Assembly (NCBI GenBank): GCA_964397355.1
Contig: CAYNJD010000001.1
Location: 1-51,096 of the forward strand
From: an uncultured Mycobacterium sp.
GTDB lineage: Bacteria > Actinomycetota > Actinomycetes > Mycobacteriales > Mycobacteriaceae
DNA length: 51,096 nt
Reading direction: 5' to 3'
Position 1 is the stretch's first letter. Each line of letters opens with the position of its first letter. The translations under genes and the position numbers were made by a program. Below, in pieces: positions 1-9,344 of the stretch. Below the pieces are notes generated by a model. The model did no database searches, was not told the DNA's origin, and saw only the letters and a list, made by a program, of their open reading frames with translations.

Positions 1-35
1 GAAGCCGTTCGGCAACCATTTCGCCGGGCGTTCGC

Positions 36-59
36 GTTTGCCGCGACGGTGACCGGGCA
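36..59 (+). promoter_or_regulatory. SigF-type promoter (Balon-like gene)
   Basis: GTTT-N15-GGGCA. Confidence 0.6.
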
Positions 60-71
60 ACCCGGGTAGCC

Positions 72-1187
72 GTGGACACCGAACGCTTCCGTCAATTGCT
101 CACCGCCCGTGCCCCGTTCGTCTCGGTGTACTTCGACGATTCACATGACACCGCGGACGCGGCCGACAAGCTCGCGCTCACCTGGCGCGAGGTGGGCGAA
201 CAGCTCACCCGCGACGGCGCCGAAAAGCCGATCATCGACGAGCTGGAACGCGCCGTCACCGACCTGCGCCCGCCGGTGGGCAGGAGCGGACGAGCGCTGA
301 TCGCCGACGGCGACGGTGTGGTATTCAATCAGCATCTGCAGGCTCCCACCGCCACAACGGTTCGGGTGTCCAGGCTTCCCTATATCGTCCCGATCATCGA
401 GCACGGCTTCGAGTACCCGAACTATGTGCTGGCCGAGGTGGATCAGACCGGCGCCGACATCACCGTGCATACCGGCGGCGCGCTGCGCTCGGAAACCGTT
501 GACGGTGGCGGCTATCCGGTACACAAGGCCGCCGGAGCCGAAACCCCGGGCTACGGGGATCCGCAGCCGCACGCCGAGGAGGCCGCCCGCAAGAACGTCC
601 GTGCGGTCGCCGCCCGGCTCACCGAGATCGTCGACGCCGCCGAATTCGATGCGGTGTTCCTCGTCGGGGAGGTGCAGTCGCGTTCGGCGCTGCTGGAAGC
701 GTTGCCGAAGCGGATCGCCGAGCTGGCCGTGGAGCTGCCGGTCGGCGCCCGGCACGGTGGGCACGACACGACCGAGGTGCAGGACGCCATCGAAGCCGAA
801 TACCTGCGATGGCAACTCGCCGCGATCGAGGACGCTGTGCAGCGCTTCACCGCCGAAGCGGGCCGGAGCTCCGGCCTGGCCGTCGAAGGACTCGCGACGG
901 TGTGCGCCGGCTTGAGCCAGGGAGCGGTCGAAACGCTGCTCATCGGTGATATCGGCGACGCGACGGTGGTCGCCGACGCGAACTTGACCGTTACCGCAGC
1001 AGATGCCGATGTGCTCTCCGAATACGGTGCGGCACCGGCCCATACCCTGCGGGCCGACGAGGCGTTGCCGATGGGAGCGATCGCGATCGGCGCGGCCGTC
1101 GTCGGCGCCGACGACGCGATCCGGCCGACCGACGGTGTCGCGGCAGTGTTGCGCTACCCGCTGGCTGCCCAGACGCAGCTCCGGTGA
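72..1187 (+). CDS. Rv2629/Balon-family ribosome hibernation factor (baeRF, aeRF1-like)
   Basis: SVYFDDSHDT, VDQTGAD, GYPVHK, GEVQSR, LRADEALP and DGVAAVLRY motifs are colinear with M. tuberculosis Rv2629 as I recall it. Confidence 0.85.
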   Translation: MDTERFRQLLTARAPFVSVYFDDSHDTADAADKLALTWREVGEQLTRDGAEKPIIDELERAVTDLRPPVGRSGRALIADGDGVVFNQHLQAPTATTVRVSRLPYIVPIIEHGFEYPNYVLAEVDQTGADITVHTGGALRSETVDGGGYPVHKAAGAETPGYGDPQPHAEEAARKNVRAVAARLTEIVDAAEFDAVFLVGEVQSRSALLEALPKRIAELAVELPVGARHGGHDTTEVQDAIEAEYLRWQLAAIEDAVQRFTAEAGRSSGLAVEGLATVCAGLSQGAVETLLIGDIGDATVVADANLTVTAADADVLSEYGAAPAHTLRADEALPMGAIAIGAAVVGADDAIRPTDGVAAVLRYPLAAQTQLR

Positions 1188-1219
1188 CCGCCGTTCGCGG
1201 CGAGCGACGGCAACCGGTC

Positions 1220-2221
1220 TCAACGGCGCCGGGCCGCCGCCAGCACCCCTGCCCCCGCCGCACCCAGCGCGGTCGCGGCTCCGGCGACCAGCCTGGTGTG
1301 CCGGGACGCCCAGATCTGCGGGCTGTGCGCGTGCGAGGAGTCGTCGAACTCCCCGCGAGCCCCGTGATCGGTGGCGGCGTCCACCGGCTCCCACAGGTTC
1401 TGCACCGCGGTGCCGTCGATGTATTCGCCCGTCTGCTGCGAGTCATAGCCGGTGCGGGCCAGATAGCGGTCCAGCAGTGGCGCGGCGAATTTCTGCGCCA
1501 GCAGGGTGGCGACAGTGCTCGCGCCCGCCCAGTACTGCTTGTGCCGCGGATGGTCGGCGGCATGCAGTACCGCGCGAGCGACCAACTGCGGCTGGTAGAT
1601 CGGCGGAACGGGCTGCGGATGCCGCGGTAGCCGTGACAGCACCCAGGAGAACTGAGGGGTGTTGACCGCCGGCATCTGCACGATGGTGATGTTGACCTTG
1701 GAGCCTTCGTGCAGCAGTTCGCAGCGCACCGATTCGGTGAATCCGTTGATCGCGTGCTTGGCACCGCAATAGGCCGATTGCAGCGGAATCGACCGCTCCC
1801 CCAGCGCCGAACCCACCTGGACGACGGTGCCGTGGTCGCGTGGTTTCATCCTGGCCAGCGCCACCATGGTTCCGTAGACGAAGCCGAGGTAGCAGACTTC
1901 GGTCACCCGTTTGAACTCCTCCGGGCCGATCTCGCTGAACGGGGCGAACACCGAGGTGAACGCGACGTTGATCCAGGTGTCGATCGGGCCCAGTTCGGCT
2001 TCGACACGGTCGGCGGCGGCCTCGACGGCCGCGTAATCGGCGACGTCGGTGGTGATCGGCAACGCGGTCCCACCGGCGTCTTCGACATCGCGTGCCGTGC
2101 CCCGCAATCCCGCTTCACCGCGGGCCAGCAATGCCACCTTGGCACCGCGCGCGCCGTAGCGCTGCGCGACGGCACGACCGATCCCGGCACTGGCCCCGGT
2201 GATGACGACTGTCTCGGTCAT
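1220..2221 (-). CDS. Short-chain dehydrogenase/reductase
   Basis: TGASAGIG Rossmann motif, YCGAK catalytic YxxxK; ATG 2221 overlaps the GMC stop. Confidence 0.9.
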   Translation of the reverse strand: MTETVVITGASAGIGRAVAQRYGARGAKVALLARGEAGLRGTARDVEDAGGTALPITTDVADYAAVEAAADRVEAELGPIDTWINVAFTSVFAPFSEIGPEEFKRVTEVCYLGFVYGTMVALARMKPRDHGTVVQVGSALGERSIPLQSAYCGAKHAINGFTESVRCELLHEGSKVNITIVQMPAVNTPQFSWVLSRLPRHPQPVPPIYQPQLVARAVLHAADHPRHKQYWAGASTVATLLAQKFAAPLLDRYLARTGYDSQQTGEYIDGTAVQNLWEPVDAATDHGARGEFDDSSHAHSPQIWASRHTRLVAGAATALGAAGAGVLAAARRR

Positions 2222-3891
2222 GGCTGAATCCCCTTCTGTCCGATCCGTTTTCCGGCGAGTCGCTCGGCGAGTCGCGAGGCCAGCGCCATGATGGTCAGCG
2301 CCGGGTTCGCAGCGCCCTGAGTCGGGCACACCGAACCGTCGGCGATGAACAGATTCGGCACCCCCCACACCCGATGGTCGGCGTCGACGACGGAGTTCTC
2401 CGGCGCGGTGCCCATCCGGGCGCCACCGATCAGGTGGGCATAACGCTGGATGGTCAGCACATCCTGCGCTCCGGCCGCGTGCAGGATGTCGGTGATCACC
2501 TTGGTGGAGTACTCCATGTTCGCCTTGTCGTTGTCGCAGCGGGAGTAGTCCATTCGAGCCACCGGGATGCCGAAGCCGTCGGTCTCGTCTGCCAGGGTGA
2601 TCCGGTTGTCCGGAAGCGGCAGCAGCTCGTTGAGCACCCCGATCGTGCTCCAGTGGTTGTAGTCACGCATGTATTCGCGCATCGCGCGGCCCCAGTGCCC
2701 GTCGGCGAGCACGTGTTCGGACCAGCCGATCGGCAGCGGCGAGACGGTCTGGATCGAGAATCCCCGCGCGAAACCACGGCTGGTATCGGTTTCGTAGAAC
2801 TGTTCGCTGGACACCTGCGGCGGCGGCGCCTTGTACATCCGCAGCTCCTCCGGCCATCGGCCCGCGGTCTGGGACGCACCCTGGACCATGACGTAGCGGC
2901 CGACCTGGTCGGTGTCGTTGCCCAGGCCGTGCGGGAATCGGGGGCTGGTCGAATTCAGCAGCAGCCGTGGGGTTTCGATGGAGTAGCCGGCGATCGCGAC
3001 GGCCTTGGCGCGTTGCAGGCGGGCGACACCGTCGCTGTCGTAGTATGCGACACCGCGCGCGGCACCACTGTCGTCGAGTTCGACCCGGAACGCCATGCAG
3101 TCCGCGCGGATCTCCACACCGTGGGCCAGCGCGTCGGGCAGGTGGGTGACATACGGACTGGCTTTGGCGTTGACCTTGCAGCCCTGCAGGCAATAGCCGC
3201 GGTAGATGCAGTGCGGACGGTTCCCGAAGGTGCCGTTGACGATTCCGACCGGGCCGACGCGCATCTCGATCCCGAGGTTGCCCGCCCCCTCCCAGAGTTT
3301 CGCGGCGGCACCGGAGATCGGGTGCGGTGACGACGGGTAGCGGTGCGGATATCCCCACGGCCAGTTCTGTCCCGACACCGGCAGTTCGGCCTCGAGCACT
3401 TCGTAGTGACGACGGATGTCCTGGTAGTCGATCGGCCAGTCCGCGCCGACACCGTCGAGGCTTCGGGTGGCCAGGTCGCTGGGGTGAAATCGCGGGCAGT
3501 AGCCGGCATAGTGCACCATCGAACCGCCGACCCCGCGGCCGGAGTTGTTCTTGCCCAACTCGATCGGGTCGTCGCCGCCGATGATGCGTTTCTGTGTCCA
3601 GTACAGCGGGTGCGAGCCGGCTTCGTCGGAGACCCAGTCGTCGTCGGGATGCCAGAACGGGCCGGCCTCGATGATCACGATGCGCCAGCCGGCCCGCGCC
3701 AGGCGTTGCGCCAGCACCGATCCGCCGGCCCCGGCACCGACGACCACCATGTCGACGTCATCGTCGGTGGCGTAGCGGCGCATGGTCTTCTCGCCGGGCA
3801 GCTCACGCGAATGCACGTCCAGCAGGAACCGCGAGTCGTTGTCGGGTGGGCCCAGCGATCCCTTCAGCAGGCCCCGCCAGAAGTCCCCCAC
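2218..3891 (-). CDS. GMC-family flavoprotein oxidoreductase
   Basis: GAGAGG, GRGVGGS, CIYRGYCLQGC Cys motif, HLIGGARMG, ANPALT. Confidence 0.92.
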   Translation of the reverse strand: MGDFWRGLLKGSLGPPDNDSRFLLDVHSRELPGEKTMRRYATDDDVDMVVVGAGAGGSVLAQRLARAGWRIVIIEAGPFWHPDDDWVSDEAGSHPLYWTQKRIIGGDDPIELGKNNSGRGVGGSMVHYAGYCPRFHPSDLATRSLDGVGADWPIDYQDIRRHYEVLEAELPVSGQNWPWGYPHRYPSSPHPISGAAAKLWEGAGNLGIEMRVGPVGIVNGTFGNRPHCIYRGYCLQGCKVNAKASPYVTHLPDALAHGVEIRADCMAFRVELDDSGAARGVAYYDSDGVARLQRAKAVAIAGYSIETPRLLLNSTSPRFPHGLGNDTDQVGRYVMVQGASQTAGRWPEELRMYKAPPPQVSSEQFYETDTSRGFARGFSIQTVSPLPIGWSEHVLADGHWGRAMREYMRDYNHWSTIGVLNELLPLPDNRITLADETDGFGIPVARMDYSRCDNDKANMEYSTKVITDILHAAGAQDVLTIQRYAHLIGGARMGTAPENSVVDADHRVWGVPNLFIADGSVCPTQGAANPALTIMALASRLAERLAGKRIGQKGIQP

Positions 3892-4646
3892 TACGACTCC
3901 TCTTCCTCCACCAGCTCCACCGGATCCTTGTCGATGGCGCCGCGGGTTTCGAACGGCTCACGCACCGACGCCGGACCGCTCGGCCCGCCCAATCGCATGA
4001 AGCCGCGCGGGTATGCGGGCCCACCGAACCCGATCTCGTTCCACGCCCACGGATGTGAGTAGAACGCGCTCAGCGCCATCCGCATGCACACCGACCACGC
4101 GCGGCTCACGTTCAGCTGCGACCAGCTGCCGCCCCGCAACCGGCCGCGGCAGAACTCATCGACCAACGCCAGCTGAGCGGCGACCTCGGCGTCGACGAAC
4201 GATGCCTTGCCGTAACGGTCGTGGGCGGCCTCGTCCAGGCCGCGCAGCACCAGGTGCCAGGTGTCGCGGTCATCGGGCATGTCGGCGTACTGGTAGCCGT
4301 CGAGTTGCCCGTCGGCCAGCTTGACGTCGATGAATTCGGCCACCGGCACCCGTGGTTCGTTGTCCTGCGCCAGCACGATGTCACAGAACGCGCGCAGCGT
4401 CGGTTCCTCCTCGGCGGTGAAGAATCGCAGCGACCCGGGCGGGTCGAGCCGGGCCAGCACCACCTTGCGGGTGGCCTCGTCCCAGCTGTCCGTGGTGGCC
4501 AGCACGTCGAAATCGGGGTAGCGGCCGATCATCTGCGGTGTGGTGCCGCGGCGCTGCTTGGGCAGCCACGACGGGTGGGGCGGCTGCCGGTCAGCACGCA
4601 GGTTGGGAAGGTGGTCGGGCCGGGAGGTGTCCGCCATGGCAGCCAC
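3891..4646 (-). CDS. Gluconate 2-dehydrogenase subunit 3-family protein
   Basis: RFFTAEE and FYSHPWAWNEIGFGGP motifs; stop overlaps GMC start; alternative ATG at 4637. Confidence 0.8.
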   Translation of the reverse strand: MAAMADTSRPDHLPNLRADRQPPHPSWLPKQRRGTTPQMIGRYPDFDVLATTDSWDEATRKVVLARLDPPGSLRFFTAEEEPTLRAFCDIVLAQDNEPRVPVAEFIDVKLADGQLDGYQYADMPDDRDTWHLVLRGLDEAAHDRYGKASFVDAEVAAQLALVDEFCRGRLRGGSWSQLNVSRAWSVCMRMALSAFYSHPWAWNEIGFGGPAYPRGFMRLGGPSGPASVREPFETRGAIDKDPVELVEEEES

Positions 4647-4647
4647 C

Positions 4648-5145
4648 TCAGCGTTCGCGGCGCAGCACCGCGGCCAACAGCCCCATCCCCCCGACCATTG
4701 CCATCAGGCCGGGCGCCGCTATCGGCGGGCCCATCGGCACGTTGTAGGACGCCATCTTCCAGCCGCCGGGCCGGCGTGCGACGCCGCGGGCGTGCAGGTA
4801 CTCACCCAGCAGGCCGTTGGCCGCATAGACCCCGGCGGTCAGCGGCAGCCAGCGTTTCGCCCAGCGGCGGGAGAACACCCCGCCGATTCCGGCCACCACC
4901 ACCGGCGGCGTGACCAGTACCGGACTCCACATCCATTTGTTGCCGAAGCCGGCCTTGTAGTGCTCGAGATAGATTTCCGCGGTTGTGATCACCGCCGCGA
5001 ACGCCGTCATCGCCGACAACGATCGCTCGAAGCGGCCGTGCGCGACATTGCGCAGCATCCGGTCCACGAGCTCGCCGGCGTCGCCGATCCACTCCGCATG
5101 GCTGCCGGCACCCGATTCGGATTGGCCGGTGTCCAGCAACAGCAT
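4648..5145 (-). CDS. Membrane protein, first gene of the GMC operon
   Basis: About 4 hydrophobic segments; SD upstream; follows the SigF-type promoter at 5186-5210. Confidence 0.7.
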   Translation of the reverse strand: MLLLDTGQSESGAGSHAEWIGDAGELVDRMLRNVAHGRFERSLSAMTAFAAVITTAEIYLEHYKAGFGNKWMWSPVLVTPPVVVAGIGGVFSRRWAKRWLPLTAGVYAANGLLGEYLHARGVARRPGGWKMASYNVPMGPPIAAPGLMAMVGGMGLLAAVLRRER

Positions 5146-5185
5146 CTGGCACTCCGTTCCTCGATGTCCCGCCGATTCCCCGCAG

Positions 5186-5210
5186 TACCCCGCTGCGGTT
5201 GCGGCGAAAC
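5186..5210 (-). promoter_or_regulatory. SigF promoter (GMC operon)
   Basis: GTTT-N16-GGGTA. Confidence 0.8.
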
Positions 5211-5230
5211 ATCACGGCCGGGATCGACAG

Positions 5231-5255
5231 GTTTCGATGGCCGTGGAAGCGGGAA
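5231..5255 (+). promoter_or_regulatory. SigF-type promoter (small membrane proteins)
   Basis: GTTT-N16-GGGAA. Confidence 0.65.
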
Positions 5256-5285
5256 CTGATCGGTGTACAGGTGAATGGAGGACGG

Positions 5286-5519
5286 ATGCGGATCGGTGGA
5301 TTTGCCGGCGCGATCGTGCTGATCTGGCTGCTGATCGGCGTCGTTGCCGCGTGGCAGCGCGACTACTTCCAAGGGAAGCAAACCAGCTGCGCAACTGCCG
5401 GAACCATCGCGCTCACCACGCTGGCCGGTCCGTTGAACTATCTCGGACTCAATCCAGTCGTATCGGATTGTCAGTTACCGCAACCCTCTTCGTCGGGTTC
5501 GGTCGGTTCTATTGTCTGA
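5286..5519 (+). CDS. Small membrane protein
   Basis: GGAGG SD, hydrophobic N-terminus, LAGPLNY motif, two Cys. Confidence 0.65.
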   Translation: MRIGGFAGAIVLIWLLIGVVAAWQRDYFQGKQTSCATAGTIALTTLAGPLNYLGLNPVVSDCQLPQPSSSGSVGSIV

Positions 5520-5536
5520 AAAGAAGGGGATTGGTG

Positions 5537-5692
5537 ATGATTGCGCTCGGAGTGATCCTGCTTATTCTGGGATTCATCCTGAAGATCAACGTGTTGTGGA
5601 CGATCGGAATCATTCTGCTGGTGATCGGCGCGGTGCTGTGGATCCTGGGCGCGATCGGCCGTCCGGTCGCGGGCCGGCGCAACTGGTATTGA
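5537..5692 (+). CDS. Small two-helix membrane protein (DUF6131-like)
   Basis: MIALGVILLILG...GRPVAGRRNWY, SD AAGGGG. Confidence 0.75.
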   Translation: MIALGVILLILGFILKINVLWTIGIILLVIGAVLWILGAIGRPVAGRRNWY

Positions 5693-5811
5693 CCTGCCCC
5701 TGCGGTTGACCGGAGCCGTCGTCGTCGCCCGCGGGCTGTCGGGAGGGCCCGAGCGGCGTTAGACTGGAGCAGTTCTGCGGCCCGCTCACGTTGAATGACA
5801 GGGGCACTGCG

Positions 5812-6768
5812 ATGACCGTCGCTGCCGAAGACAATCGCGGCGCGTTCAGGCATATCGCGCTGTTCTACCGGTCGCCGCAGGAGTATCTCGATTATCTGGT
5901 GCCGTTCGTCGCCGACAGCGTGGCCGCCGGATACCCGGTGCTGGCGGTGGTCCCCGAGCCCAACCTGTCGCAACTGCGCGACGCGTTGCCGCCGGGCAGC
6001 GCTGCGGCGGTGACCCTGGCCGACATGAGCTGGGTGGGACGCAATCCCGGACACCTCCTCGGCGGTGTGTTGGGTGCCTTCGCCGCCCAACACCCGTCGG
6101 GGCCGGTGCGGATGGTCGGCGAGCCGGTCTGGGACGGTCGCTCAGACCTGGAGTATCCGGCCTGCGTGCAGCATGAAGCCCTGATCAACCAGGCGTTCAC
6201 CGGTCGGGACGTGACAATGCTCTGCCCCTACGACGCAACGCATCTGGACTCAGACATCCTCATCGACGCCGAGGTCACCCACCCGCGGCTGGGTTTTTCC
6301 GGGCAACCGGAGCAGACCAGTCGCAGCTTCGCCCCCGACACCGCGTGGGCACGCTACAACGAGCCGCTGCCGAGCAGTCCCACGGCGGCGAGCTACACGT
6401 TGCGTCGCCTCACCGATCTGTCCGGGGCGCGGGCGTTCGCCGCCAGGTACGCGCGCTGGTTCGGCTTCTCCGCCAACGACATCGCCGATCTGCAGCTGAT
6501 CGTCAACGAGCTGGCCTCCAACAGTCTGCAGCACGGTCGTGGCCCGTGCGTGGTGCTGTTGTGGGAGAGCGGCGGCACGTTGGTCTGCCAGGTACGCGAT
6601 TCCGGCCTGCTGGCGGACCGGATGGCCGGCCGCCGGCCGATCAGCCACGGCGCCGACCACGGCTGCGGACTGTTCGTGGTCAACGCGACCGCGGACCTGG
6701 TACGCATTTACACCGCGGCGACCGGGACCACCGTGCAGGCACACCTGCGGATGAGGAGGTCGGCGTGA
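5812..6768 (+). CDS. MEDS-domain anti-sigma factor / Ser kinase (MEDS + HATPase_c)
   Basis: HIALFY, GEPVW, HEALIN, LCPYD (MEDS); VNELASN N-box, VRDSG, GCGLFVV G-boxes. Confidence 0.88.
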   Translation: MTVAAEDNRGAFRHIALFYRSPQEYLDYLVPFVADSVAAGYPVLAVVPEPNLSQLRDALPPGSAAAVTLADMSWVGRNPGHLLGGVLGAFAAQHPSGPVRMVGEPVWDGRSDLEYPACVQHEALINQAFTGRDVTMLCPYDATHLDSDILIDAEVTHPRLGFSGQPEQTSRSFAPDTAWARYNEPLPSSPTAASYTLRRLTDLSGARAFAARYARWFGFSANDIADLQLIVNELASNSLQHGRGPCVVLLWESGGTLVCQVRDSGLLADRMAGRRPISHGADHGCGLFVVNATADLVRIYTAATGTTVQAHLRMRRSA

Positions 6769-7640
6769 TGGGCAACTATCGGGTGGACCCGTCGGGCGAG
6801 TTCGGCCACATCGGATGGGAGTACCGGGATCACGGCGACTTCCTGCAGCGGGCGGCGGAGTACCTGGCGCTGGGCCTCGGCCTGGGTCAGCGTGCCGAGT
6901 TCGTCGGCGACGGCGACTCGACGACGCTGCGAGGCGACCTGGCTGCGGCCGGGCTGGGCGGTGACGCCCATAAGGTGGTCATCAGAACCGTGCCGCAGCA
7001 TTTTCTGTTCCGGGCAGGCGGTGACGTCGTCGACGCCGAACGCATGACCGGGCGCTACGCGGCATCGGCGATCGGGGCGATCGCGGCGGGCTACAGCGGT
7101 ATCCGGGTCGTCATCGACGTGACGCCGGTGGTGCGCTCGCCGGAGCAGCGCGAGGCGCAGGCCGCCCTGGAGTTCCTGGGCGACCGGCGGATCTCGACGC
7201 TGCCGATCGCCGCGATGTGCGGCTATGACGTCGCCGAGCTCGGCGACGCCGCCGCCGGGTTGCTGTGTCTGCACCCGGCGGGCCCGGCGTCGGTGCCGTT
7301 CCAGTTGTACGCCCAGCCCGCTCACCGCAATGGGATCGCTCTGGCCAGCGACCTCGACGCCGCCGATGAGGCGCTGTTCGTGACCACCTTGCAGCGGATC
7401 CTGCCACTGTTGGGGCACGACACCGTCGACATCGATGCGCGGGGACTGGAGTTCATCGGGCATCGGCAGCTCTGGCTGCTCGACCGTTGCTGCGCCGCCG
7501 TCGACCGGGTTGCCGTGCTGCGCAGTGATCGACCGATCGTGCACCGGCTGGTGGACCTGCTCGGCGTCGACCACGTCCGTGCCGACACCACGGAAACACC
7601 CCCTTTGTCCACACCGCCGTCGGCCGTTGGAGTAACGTGA
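6768..7640 (+). CDS. MEDS + STAS-domain protein (anti-anti-sigma-like)
   Basis: GHIGWEY, RVVIDVT, MCGYD (MEDS); C-terminal DARGLEFIGHRQL STAS-like; TGATG coupling to the upstream gene. Confidence 0.8.
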   Translation: MGNYRVDPSGEFGHIGWEYRDHGDFLQRAAEYLALGLGLGQRAEFVGDGDSTTLRGDLAAAGLGGDAHKVVIRTVPQHFLFRAGGDVVDAERMTGRYAASAIGAIAAGYSGIRVVIDVTPVVRSPEQREAQAALEFLGDRRISTLPIAAMCGYDVAELGDAAAGLLCLHPAGPASVPFQLYAQPAHRNGIALASDLDAADEALFVTTLQRILPLLGHDTVDIDARGLEFIGHRQLWLLDRCCAAVDRVAVLRSDRPIVHRLVDLLGVDHVRADTTETPPLSTPPSAVGVT

Positions 7641-7647
7641 GGAACCG

Positions 7648-8508
7648 ATGTCTGAGTTGGAACCCAAGTACGCTGAACTGCAATCGATCTACGACATCTC
7701 CAACGAGTTCTTTGAACTCTTCCTCGGCCCGACGATGGGCTACACCTGCGGGTACTACGAACATCCGGACACCACCCGCGATGAGGCGCAGAACGCCAAG
7801 TTCGATCTGGCGCTGGGCAAGCTGAACCTGCAGCCGGGGATGACGCTGCTCGATATCGGCTGCGGTTGGGGCGGGGGCATGCAGCGGGCGCTGGAGAAGT
7901 TCGACGTCAACGTGATCGGGCTGACGCTCAGTGAGCGGCAACGCGAGTACGCCATCGCCAAGCTGGCCGACGTCCCCACCCGGCGCACCGTGGAGGTCCG
8001 GCTGCAGGGCTGGGAGGAATTCGACGAGCCGGTGGACCGCATCGTGTCCATCGGGGCCTTCGAACATTTCGGCCACCCGCGTTACCCCGAGTTCTTCAGG
8101 ATGGCCTATCGCGTGCTGCCGCCCGGCGGGACGATGCTGTTGCACACCATCACCGCCATCACCCAGGATGACGCCCAGCGGTTGGGCCTGCCGCTGACCA
8201 TGAGCATGGCGCGGTTCAACAGGTTCGTCATGAAGGAGATCTTCCCCGGCGGTCAACTACCGACGGTGTCCATGGTGGCCGATCGCGCGACCGAGGCCGG
8301 CTTCAGCGTTGCCCGTATCCATGAGATCGGGCCCAATTACGTCCGCACCCTGCAGGATTGGGCCGCAGCGCTGGCCGCCAACTCCGACGCGGCGATCACC
8401 GCGCAGTCCCAAGAGGTCTATGACCGCTACGACAAGTACCTCAACGGGTGCGTGAAACTGTTCCGCGACGGCTACACCAGCGTCCACCAGTACACACTGC
8501 AGAAGTAG
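7648..8508 (+). CDS. Mycolic acid methyltransferase / cyclopropane synthase family (UmaA-like N-terminus)
   Basis: QSIYDISNEFF, LLDIGCGWG SAM motif, DRIVSIGAFEHF, EIFPGG. Confidence 0.92.
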   Translation: MSELEPKYAELQSIYDISNEFFELFLGPTMGYTCGYYEHPDTTRDEAQNAKFDLALGKLNLQPGMTLLDIGCGWGGGMQRALEKFDVNVIGLTLSERQREYAIAKLADVPTRRTVEVRLQGWEEFDEPVDRIVSIGAFEHFGHPRYPEFFRMAYRVLPPGGTMLLHTITAITQDDAQRLGLPLTMSMARFNRFVMKEIFPGGQLPTVSMVADRATEAGFSVARIHEIGPNYVRTLQDWAAALAANSDAAITAQSQEVYDRYDKYLNGCVKLFRDGYTSVHQYTLQK

Positions 8509-8514
8509 CGGGCC

Positions 8515-8856
8515 TCAGCGGTGGCGGCGCACCGGCCCCGCCCACAACCCTTCTCGAGAACTCCGCGCGGGGGCACGACGGTGGGTGACCGGAACTTCCA
8601 CCGGCCCGCGCTGATTCGATGACGTGCGCCGCGGCTTCGGCGCATCGCTGCGAAGCCGACCGCGGTGGCGCAGCAGTTGGTGGGCGTGCAGCAGTTGCCG
8701 CAGCTGTGCCTGCACATCGGCGGGCGACTCGGCGCCGGCATCGCCGGTGTCGGGGTGCAGGGCGCGCAACCTGACGCGAAAGGCATGGGTGATCTGGGCC
8801 GGGGTGGCCGCGGGTGTCACTCCCAGCACCGCGTAGGGGTCGGGGCTCTCGCTCAT
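8515..8856 (-). CDS. J-domain protein
   Basis: DPYAVLGV and LHPD J-domain motif. Confidence 0.8.
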   Translation of the reverse strand: MSESPDPYAVLGVTPAATPAQITHAFRVRLRALHPDTGDAGAESPADVQAQLRQLLHAHQLLRHRGRLRSDAPKPRRTSSNQRGPVEVPVTHRRAPARSSREGLWAGPVRRHR

Positions 8857-9003
8857 AACCGGTGGTCGAGATGCGGTCGGGGTTCGGGAAACGTTCTCGT
8901 GGGCCGGCGCGGCCCGCTGCCCGGGAGAGCATGTCGGCAGCGGGACCACGCCGGGCCATGCAGGATCATCGCGGAGAGATATCACCTCCCTTTCCGGGTG
9001 CGG

Positions 9004-9294
9004 TCACGATCGAGGGGGCGGCCTCGGAGGAGACCGCTGCGTCGGCCAGACTCGCCGGTTTCGTCTGCGCACGGCCGACCGGTGCCGACAGTGGGCCGGC
9101 AGCGCCATATCCCCGGGATCGGGGCCGGCGGCGCGCAGTGCCCGCGCCGAGGGGCGGGGACGAGCGGCGGGCATTTCGGCGTGCGCCGCGGCAAGGCACT
9201 CGGCCAGCGACGCGGTCAGTATGCGCAGCCATTCGGCGCGCACGAAGCCTTCCGCGTCATCGAGTACGTCCGCGGTCAAAGTGTCGGTGGTCAT
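9004..9294 (-). CDS. Hypothetical Arg/Pro-rich protein
   Basis: GGAGG SD, lies between hsp20 and the J-protein, ends WPTQRSPP. Confidence 0.55.
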   Translation of the reverse strand: MTTDTLTADVLDDAEGFVRAEWLRILTASLAECLAAAHAEMPAARPRPSARALRAAGPDPGDMALPAHCRHRSAVRRRNRRVWPTQRSPPRPPPRS

Positions 9295-9344
9295 GGTGCT
9301 CACCTCCTTCACCGTGTTGCAGGCCGCCGCCCGGCCCCTCGCAA

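Noticed and set aside
8853-8969. 38-aa minus-strand ORF ending in an ATGA overlap with the J-protein start
   Set aside because: The SD is over 12 nt away and the peptide looks like off-frame GC-rich sequence; too weak to count as a remnant
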